Shown here: one piece after another, positions 37,285-45,902 of the stretch | How positions within the stretch are numbered: the stretch's first letter is position 1 | How the letters are laid out: each line of letters begins with the position of its first letter | Assembly: GCF_006345805.1 (NCBI RefSeq) | Contig: NW_021835445.1 | Span: forward strand, 1 to 45,902 | Length of the DNA: 45,902 bases | Direction of reading: 5' to 3' | Source of the DNA: Octopus sinensis | Taxonomy: Eukaryota | Program-made: the position numbers and the translations under genes | The notes under the pieces: generated by a model | What the model saw: the letters and a program-made list of their open reading frames with translations, nothing else | Database searches by the model: none | What the model was told of the DNA's origin: nothing

Positions 37285-39210
37285 GTTAATATAGGGCGTA
37301 ACAAATATCAGAAAATCAAAAAAAAATGTGTGTAATAGGTGTAAAACAACTTCCTATGAACGAATATGAAAAAAAAAATTCGCGCACGCGAAAGGGGGGT
37401 GGGAGAGTCCTCGGAAAATTCACATCGGGAAGTTCCGAAAGCGTCTGAGGGCTGACCCGGGCACCAAAACAAAATAAAATAGTGTAATATGTGTAAAACA
37501 ACTTGCTCTAAACGAATATGACAAAAAAAAATGCGCTCTCGCGAAAGAGGGGTGGGGGAGAGGCCTCGGAATATTTATATCGGGAATTTCCGAAAGCGTC
37601 TGAACCGGGCACAAAAACAAAAACAAAAACAGCGTAATAGGTGTAAAACAACTTGCTCTAAACGACTATCATAAAAAAATGCGCGCTCGCGAAAAGGGGG
37701 TGGGGGAGAGGCTTCGGAAATTTCACATCTTCAGTCCACGGCCTTTAAACTAAGAAAAAATCGTGTAATTGGTGTAAAACTACTTGTTCTAAACGAGTAT
37801 CAAGAACACACACTCACACATGAATCATAAACTCCGTATTTCGCAAAAAAAAAAAATAAAGAGAAGAAATTCTGGAAAAAGTGAAGAATGTGGATCTCAT
37901 TCCTTGGTTAAAGCTATTTTAAACATTAAATTTATGCTTTTCTTTGAAATAGTTCAGATATATGCAATTCTTCTCACTTATTAAGATGCATTTATCAGAA
38001 AAAAAGAGACAGAAAAAATTATTATTTTGTGTCAATCCTTCCCTAATTATCCTTTATTAATTAGTTTTGGCGTGTATTTTTTCCCAAATTTATTTTTCAC
38101 GTTTACAACACGGTTTAGTAAAGCAATTAATTATCTTTATAATTTGCATATTTGACTTATTAATCAAAATTCTCTAGATGTAATATATACTAAGTAATGC
38201 ATCCTTCATTTATGTGTTCCGTTTTGTATTATGCATGCGTGACTGTTTGTATGTAAGTGTGTTTAACTGTGCACATGAATGTGAATATTAAAGAACATAT
38301 TTATTTACTATGATTGTTATTTTCAGAACAAATAAATCTTTTAGCTGTTATGTTATTGATGTTATTATTATTGCTAGTTAAAGGGTGGTGACTTGGCTGA
38401 ATATTTTGAGTCTTGTAGTATGTAGTTGTGTGTTAGTCAATATTCTGAGTTCAAATCCAACTCATTTCTTTATCATCATTATCGATGGACCATTCAAAGA
38501 GGTATGTATACATTATCATTTTCGTAACATAATTTCTGTAGTATTTCAAGATGTTTCTGACACGTATTTTGATTCACATGGCGGAGATCCAACATTTCTT
38601 CACTTTTTCCAGAATTTCTTCTCTTTATTTATTATTTTTTTTGCGAAATACGGAGTTTATGATTCATGTGTGAGTGTGTGTTCTTGATACTCGTTTAGAA
38701 CAAGTAGTTTTACACCAATTACACTATTTTTCTTAGTTTAAAGGCCGTGGACTGAAGATGTGAAATTTCCGAAGCCTCTCCCCCACCCCCCTTTCGCGAG
38801 CGCGCATTTTTTTCATGATAGTCGTTTAGAGCAAGTTGTTTTACACCTATTACGCTGTTTTTGTTTTTGTTTTTGTGCCCGTTCAGACGCTTTCGGAAAT
38901 TCCCGATATAAATATTCCGAGGCCTCTCCCCCCCACCCCTCTTTCGCGAGAGCGCATTTTTTTTTTGTCATATTCGTTTAGAGCAAGTTGTTTTACACAT
39001 ATTACACTATTTTTTTTTTGTTTTGGTGCCCGGGTCAGCTCCTCAGACGCTTTCGGAACTTCCCGATGTGAATTTTCCGAGGCTTCTCCCCCACCCCCCT
39101 TCGCGTGCGCGAATTTTTTTTTTCATATTCGTTCATAGGAAGTTGTTTTACACCTATTACACACATTTTTTTTTTTGATTTTCTGATATTTGTTACGCCC
39201 TATATTAACC
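37285..39210. mobile_element. 1926 bp non-autonomous foldback DNA transposon, Merlin-like
   Basis: 8 bp TSD CGCAAATC (37277-37284, 39211-39218) with the empty site at ~15905. Termini GGTTAATATAGGGCG...CGCCCTATATTAACC; ~615-625 bp TIRs built from ~155 bp subrepeats; non-coding spacer. Confidence 0.9.
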
Positions 39211-39336
39211 CGCAAATCTTTGGAAATTCAAAATTTGTTTAGATTTTACCCATCGTAAATAATATTCTAAACCTGATGAAACGAGGAAAATTAAGTTACT
39301 TTCATGAAATATTCTACAAATACTATTCAGTCTGTG

Positions 39337-40227
39337 GGTACTACTAGCGAACAGTGGTCCCAGTGCGCTCACTCGCGCTAGCTAGTCGTAAGTAGTCGAT
39401 CCTACAACGACTTTTTAACCCTAAACCTAACCCTAACCTTAGTTTGTTTATAAAAATTATATATTTACTTAGTTTAAATTATTGTAGGATCGACTACTTA
39501 CGACTAGCTTGCGCGAGGGCGAAGTTTCGCTTGTCGTAGCACAAGTTTTCCGTCGATTTCCGTAAAAAACTTTTATTTTTTTACATAAGTAATGAGAGCG
39601 AAAGAGACTAAGAGGAAGCGATTTTATGACGAGGGAAGTTTGTCTTTGAAGTTACCGTCTAGGGGAAGCATTGATGTACATGTGTGTGTGTTTGATGGGG
39701 TGTGGGAGACATATATGTATGTCTGCATGTATGTGTGTGTGTGTGTATGTATGTGTATGTATGTGTGTGTATGTATGTGTGTGTGTGTATGTATGTATGG
39801 CCGATTCATCGTAATTACGATGAATCGGCCATACATAGATAGATACATACACACACACACATACATGCAGACATACATATACACATACACCGAGTAAAAA
39901 ATTTCAGTTATCTCTCTCTTTCACACATTACTCTCTCTGTCTCTTCACACACACTAACAGAAGCACTTCACTTACACAACATACTGTCTGTCTCCCACAC
40001 CCCATCAAACACACACACACATGTACATCAATGCTTCCCCGAGACGGTAACTTCAAAGACAAACTTCCCTCGTCATAAAATCGCTTCCTCTTAGTCTCTT
40101 TCGCTCTCATGACTTATGTAAAAAAATAAAAGTTTTTTACGGAAATCGACGGAAAACTTGTGCTACGACAAGCGAAACTTCGCCTGCGCGAGTGCGCACA
40201 CCGGGACCACTGTTCGCTAGTAGTACC
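39337..40227. mobile_element. MITE-1 copy in A4 arm, split by a nested element
   Basis: Both MITE-1 TIRs and degenerate TSDs are present, and the right TIR is interrupted at TGCGCGAG. Confidence 0.8.
39518..40184. mobile_element. 667 bp palindromic MITE-2, Merlin-like
   Basis: 8 bp TSD TGCGCGAG (39510-39517, 40185-40192) with the empty site at ~16205. Termini GGCGAAGTTTCGC...GCGAAACTTCGCC; ~195 bp TIRs; perfect 46 bp palindrome at 39792-39837. Confidence 0.9.
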
Positions 40228-41523
40228 CAGACTGTATATTACGATTATATTGGAATTTAATATGATGAAATACATTTGCTGGGTTCCTACCCACACATAA
40301 CTGACACACGTCACATTGTATGGGTGGTGGAGCATTTGTTAATTAAGTATTGCACATAATTAATTTGCCATTATTATTATTAGTTTCTGAGTTCAAATTC
40401 CGTCGAGGTCCACTTTCCCTTTTTCCAAATAAAATATAAATGAACGGTTGTGATTTCTAACCGTTTTTTAACCTGGGGTACTCTGTGACGAACTTTGGGA
40501 CTGCAGCATGGCAGTTTGTGAAGAAGCAGCAGAAGAACTCAGCTGAACCAACAATGCTTCTTATATTGATGCTGGGCAGAGGGAACCTTGTAGTTCAGGG
40601 GTCAGGATCACCAGGCTCTATGAAGAGAGTAACTGCAACGTATCCATGGTTGTGTAATCAGCTAAAGAAAGATTCACAATGTCTCAGGCATTCAAATTCA
40701 AATTCACATTAATGGAATTGGATGGTGACAGGGAATCTTGGGAATTCAAGAAAGGAGTGAAATGAAGGAAGAAAATTGGTGTGCTTATTAGATTTGTGTG
40801 TTGGGAATCAAAATTCTTACCACACAACCATCCCTGCACCTCTATGGACATGTCTATATAAAAATGTAGTTAAGCTTTCACTGTTTTAATCTCTCTAATT
40901 CCAAATTATCTTGTATGTTTTACACTGTTGTTTCTCTTTCGTTTCAGATTATCAGATGACCTCAGCATCACAGGATTTTAATATAAACTACATCATTAGT
41001 ATTGAACGTCTTACTCATAACACGTATAACCCTGTTTCTATAAATATATACTGAATTACTGCAAAATATATCTTCTGAACTCTGACATATATGTAGCAAA
41101 ATTTCTCTTCTTTATTGTCTGGAATACACAGAAAATTATATTTGTATTTGAATTAATCCTTTAACATTTGAACTGGGCATACCATTCCCAAATATTCTGC
41201 ATATTCTATGTTAAAATTGCCTACATCTGGCCTCTTACACTCACCCTGCAATGTCATATAAACATAAAGAATCACATCGTTGAAATCTTAAAGCAATAAG
41301 ATAATGAATGATTAATTCAGAAGAATTTGAATAAATAAGCATTAAATTTGACAGAGTAATCTGAATGTTAATGAGTTAAAGCAATTAAGAAGGCAGTTTG
41401 CAGCATCTTCAGATATTAACAAAGAACACTTTTGATGGAGATATATCAGTAGAAATATTTGTTAAGAGCAATATACGAGAAGAAGGAAAACATTTGTGTA
41501 CTGTGACAAGAGAAAGGAAAATT

Positions 41524-42471
41524 ATGGAAAATGAATTATATCGGAGTGAAGTTGAATATAAAAGTGAGTCTGAAGAAATTGATTTTTCTGACGAGGAGAA
41601 GAATGAAAAGGGCAAAATATCATATCATTGTGATATCTGTGGTAAATCCTTCTCTGTATATCGTTATTTAACTAGGCACAAGCGTGTTCATACAGCAAAG
41701 AAGCCATATCGGTGTGATGTCTGTGGTAAATCATTTTCTGAAAATGGTAACTTAACTATTCACAAACGCATTCATACAGGAGAGAAGCCATATCAGTGTG
41801 ATATCTGTGGTAAATCATTTTCTCAAATGAATGGCTTGACTCATCACAAACATACACATACAGGAGAGAAGCCATATCATTGTGATATCTGTGGTAAATC
41901 TTTCTCTCGAAATGATCACATAACTATTCACAAACGTATTCATAGAGGAGAGAAGCCATATCATTGTGATATCTGTGGTAAATCCTTTTCTCAAAAAATT
42001 AATTTGACTGACCACAATCGTATTCATACAGGAGAGAAGCCATATCATTGTGATATTTGTGGTGAATCATTTTCTCAAAATGGTCACCTGACTAGGCACA
42101 AACGCATTCATACAGGAGAGAAGCCATATCAGTGTGATATCTGTGGTAAATCCTTCTCTGAAACTGGTAACTTAACTAAGCACAAGCGTGTTCATAAAGA
42201 AGAGAAGCCATATCAGTGTGATATCTGTGGTAAAGCCTTCTCTGGAAGTAATCATGTAACTGCTCATAAACGTGTTCATACTGAAGAGAAGCCACATTGC
42301 TGTGATATCTGTGGTAAATCATTCTCTCAAAGGAATGGCTTGACTCATCACAAACATACACATACAGGAGAAAAGCCATATCCTTGTGATATCTGTGGTA
42401 AATCATTTTCTCAAAGGGGAACCTTGACTAGACACAAACGCATTCATACAAAAGATGTCACATCAATGTAA
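41524..42471 (+). CDS. ZNF-A4: intact C2H2 zinc-finger protein, 315 aa, acidic leader plus 10 fingers
   Basis: Open from MENELY (ATG at 41524); 10 canonical fingers counted. The track start at 41398 is TTG. Confidence 0.9.
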   Translation: MENELYRSEVEYKSESEEIDFSDEEKNEKGKISYHCDICGKSFSVYRYLTRHKRVHTAKKPYRCDVCGKSFSENGNLTIHKRIHTGEKPYQCDICGKSFSQMNGLTHHKHTHTGEKPYHCDICGKSFSRNDHITIHKRIHRGEKPYHCDICGKSFSQKINLTDHNRIHTGEKPYHCDICGESFSQNGHLTRHKRIHTGEKPYQCDICGKSFSETGNLTKHKRVHKEEKPYQCDICGKAFSGSNHVTAHKRVHTEEKPHCCDICGKSFSQRNGLTHHKHTHTGEKPYPCDICGKSFSQRGTLTRHKRIHTKDVTSM

Positions 42472-43009
42472 TACCTGTTGTAAATCATTTTCCAAAAACA
42501 GCACTTTGTCTAGTCTCAAATGGTTTCATACATGAGAGAAGCCATATCATTGAAACATGTGGCAAATCATTTGCTTATAGAAGCAGCGTAACTACTTCCT
42601 TAAACCTTCATGAGAGACAAACCATACCAGTCATCTGTCATCATTGTTCTCCATGTCCACATTTGCCAATCTCTCATTGGTGAGATGATATTTATTGAGG
42701 TGAATTTTCACTGTCCAGATGCCCTTCCTGTTGCCAACCTTCACCTGTTTCAAACTAAAATATTTCCCCGTGACCTGACATGTTTTTGTGGCAGATTGGC
42801 GATGGACATTGCTTGCATGGCAGTGACACCCACAACTATCACACAGTCTCCAGGCAAGGATATAGTAACACACACACACACACATTCATAAGCCCCTCAC
42901 ACTTCTATGAAACATCCCCCTCTATCCTCTGTACCTCTAATATTCCCCCCCACCACTACCTTTTGTGTATGTCCTCATACATCTCCATCACCATCCATTT
43001 CTCTCTTTA

Positions 43010-43412
43010 TACTCTTTATTCTTTTACTTGTTTCAGTCATTTGACTGCGGCCATGCTGGAGCACCACGTTTAATCGAGCAACTCAACCCCGGGACTTATT
43101 TTTTTTTAAGCCCAGTACTTATTCTATCGGTCTCTTTTGCCAAACCGCTAAGTGACCGGGACATAAACACACCAGCATCGGTTGTCAAGCAATGCTAGGA
43201 GGACAAACACAGACACATAAACACACACACGAATATATATTTATATATACGACAGGCTTCTTTCAGTTTCCTTCTACCAAATCCACTCACAAGGCTTTGG
43301 TTGGCCCGAGGCTAAAGTAGAAGACACTTGCCCAAGGTGCCACGCAGTGGGACTGAACCCGGAACCATGTGGTTGGTAAGCAAGCTACTTACCACACAGC
43401 CACTCCTGCGCC
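43010..43412 (-). mobile_element. SINE family 1, full-length
   Basis: Tail and complete head (…GCCACTCCTGCGCC). Confidence 0.85.
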
Positions 43413-43467
43413 TATATATCTGTCATTCTCTCCCTTCTTTTCCTAGTTGGTGTTTGGAAGGGCATCC

Positions 43468-43660
43468 AGTCATAGAGTGACCCAGCAGCTGACACTCTGG
43501 AGCAGGAGTGAAGAACAGCTCTTTTGAGAGGTTACACTTTCCGCTTATGATGTTGTGAGTAAGAATGGGATCACCACGGCGTCGTCGTTTTTCTAGAGAA
43601 TAAAGGTCGAGCGTCTTCAGCCTTTTTTCATAAGACAAATGCTTGAGACCAAGAACCATG
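43468..43660 (-). mobile_element. CR1/L2-type LINE ORF2 C-terminal fragment
   Basis: LKHLSYEKRLKTLDLYSLEKRRRRGDPILTHNII matches the CR1 'LSYEERL..L.L.SLE.RRLRGDLI..YKI' motif. Confidence 0.8.
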
Positions 43661-43726
43661 CAGGTAGCCAGCTTCTGGACTCTTTGAGGAGATAATTAAT
43701 GCTAGCATGGAACACACACATAGCAT

Positions 43727-44100
43727 CATGGTGAATGGTTGTGTGGTAAGGGGCTTGCTTCCCAACCACATGGTTCCAGGTTCAGTCCCACTGTGTGGCA
43801 CCTTGGGGAAGTGTCTTCTATTCTTATGGGCTGACTGAAGCCTTGTGGGTGGATTTGGTTGACAGAAACTGAAAAAAGCCCATTGTATCGTATATGTTCT
43901 GTTGTGTCTGCTTTTGTTTCCGCACTTTCGATTGACAACCGGTGTCAGTGTGTTTATGTCCCTATAAGTTAGTGGTTTGGCAAAAGCAACTGTTAGAACA
44001 AGTACTAGGCTTACAACGAATAAGTCCTGGGGTCGACTTGTTTGACTCAAAGGTGGTGCTCCAGCATGGCTATAGTTGTATGAGTGAAACAAGTAAAATA
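43727..44100 (+). mobile_element. SINE family 1 (diverged)
   Basis: Head GGTTGTGTGGTAAG...GGTTCAGTCCCACTG and family tail. Confidence 0.75.
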
Positions 44101-44207
44101 ACGTATATATATATCTGGTGCAGGCTTCTATCTGGCTGGCTCCGGTGAAATGGTCCATCCCATGCCAGCATGGCAGGCAGATGCTGAGCGAAATGATATA
44201 TATATAT

Positions 44208-44558
44208 ATACTCTTACTTTTTTCAGTCATTTGACTGCGGCCATGCTGGAGCATCGCCTTTAGTCGAGCAAATCGATCCCGGGACTTATTCTTTGTTAGC
44301 CCAGTACTTATTCTATCGGTTTCCTTTGCTGAACCGCTAAGTGATGGGGACGTAAACACACCAGCATCAGTTGTCAAGCAATGCTAGGGGGACAAACACA
44401 GACACACATACACATATATATACATATATACGACAGGGTTCTTTCAGTTTCCGTCTACCAAATCCACTCACAAGGCATTGGTCGGCCTGGGGCTATAGCA
44501 GAAGACACTTGCCTAAGATACCACGCAGTGGGACTGAACCCGGAACCTTATGGTTGGT
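44208..44558 (-). mobile_element. SINE family 1
   Basis: Family tail and truncated head abutting the mariner foldback. Confidence 0.8.
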
Positions 44559-44566
44559 TATATATA

Positions 44567-45324
44567 GACCCATTTGGAGGCTTAATAAAAGCACAAAATA
44601 AGAAATAATGAAAAGAAAAATTTTATTTTCTGAATGTACATATAATGCCATTTTATTTCATTAAGTTTTAAAAATTAAATCAGCTAATAGCCTCCCATCA
44701 TTGTCAACAACTGTTGGAGACGTTCATGAAAGTTATCGATAGTTCTATGGATCATTTCTTCTGGAGTGGTGAAATGTGATTTCTTCTTGTGGGGATATTT
44801 AACCCTTTTGTTACCAACCTGGCTGAAACCGGCTCTGGCTCTGTTGTACAAATGTCTTGTTTCCATAAGTTTTAAATTAAAATCTTCCACCAAACCTTAG
44901 TCACAATTTATGTTCCTAATACAAGCTGAATGATAACTAAGTTATTTTACTAAATTCTTTGCGATATTTAAAGTAATTGAAAGAAACACAGAACATCTCA
45001 AAATAAATACAGTAATGAAAAGGTTAAAATGAAAAGTATTCACTCATCGCCTTCGATCTATCAATGAATTAAAATGTGCAATTTGTGTAGAAATTGCAAC
45101 CCTTCCAGAAGAAATGATCCATAGAGTTATCGATAACTTTCATGAACGTCTCCAACAGTTTGTTGACAATGATGGGAAGCATTTAGCTGATTTAATTTTT
45201 AAAACTTAATGAAATATAATGGCATTATATGTACATTCAGAAAATAAAATATTTCTTTCCATTATTTCATATTTTGTGCTTTTATTAAGCCTCCAAATGT
45301 GTCAGGTCATTTTGGTCCACCCTG
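44567..45324 (+). mobile_element. Second copy of the mariner foldback element, interrupted by a TTAA insertion
   Basis: Colinear with 20051-20598 apart from 44803-45027. Confidence 0.8.
44803..45023. mobile_element. 221 bp piggyBac-like non-autonomous element
   Basis: TTAA duplicated at 44799-44802 and 45024-45027, with a single TTAA at the paralogous empty site 20298-20301; termini CCCTTTT...AAAAGG. Confidence 0.75.
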
Positions 45325-45902
45325 TATATTTGTATGTATGTATATATATATATGTGTATGTGTGTGTTCCATTCAATCTTATGCTAACTTTACTAATGTA
45401 GATATGAAATCTAGTTGTAAAGAAATTAACGATATTAATTTTAATTTAAACACCAAAATATTACAGAGTAAGGGAGATAACCATTATTTAATCCCCTATT
45501 TTCATTCTAAAGGTAAATTTATGTCTTTCAAAAATAATTACACTTAAAATAAGATAACTAATTGTAAAACAATTTGGTTAATTATTCCATATGGGAGGCA
45601 AATTAAATCTAATCTTCCATTGCAGTTTCGTGAAGCTATTAATAGGAATTTTCCAAAGAATTCTAGGTATTACTCTAGAGGTCGACTTTGCTTTATGCTG
45701 GACTGCATAATGCTTATTTTTTCTGTATAAATTTACTAAAACCATTAAATGGTTAACTACTTTCTGAAGTTTCACGTCTGTGCTAGTAATCACGGTCTGG
45801 ACCATATTTTACTGATATATATTACTATGCATTCTGAAGTAGGTGGTTTCTACACAGAAGGTCAACATTTCAATCAAGTTCCTTATTGGTATACTAATGC
45901 CT

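Noticed and set aside
43628-44377. 249 aa minus-strand ORF
   Set aside because: Runs through three SINE pieces and a microsatellite; chance open frame.

Overview
AT-rich eukaryotic (animal) genomic DNA, most likely an octopus or other coleoid cephalopod. This is an inference from the dense (TA)n/(CA)n microsatellites, the tRNA-derived SINE landscape and the stereotyped KRAB-less [11 protein letters not shown]...HTGEKP finger arrays. The window holds six C2H2 zinc-finger loci of two paralogous types. Type A is short, with an acidic MENELY leader and 8-15 finger units; type B is long, with an MPKERGKS start and 26-28 units. They are arranged A1(-) B1(-) A2(+) / A3(-) B2(+) A4(+), i.e. two ~22-25 kb units. 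In each unit a type-B cassette lies between inverted type-A arms, and the cassette has opposite orientation in the two units, with identical boundaries in all four arms. B1, A3 and A4 have intact ORFs; A1, A2 and B2 are disrupted. A2 carries a two-piece locally templated insertion. The arms contain three different non-autonomous GG...CC transposons with 8-9 bp target duplications (Merlin-like), one nested in another. The rest is SINEs, fragments of CRE, Penelope, CR1 and mariner elements, a piggyBac-like MITE, long hairpins and microsatellites. All coordinates and comparisons were made by eye; edges of degenerate repeats are approximate.
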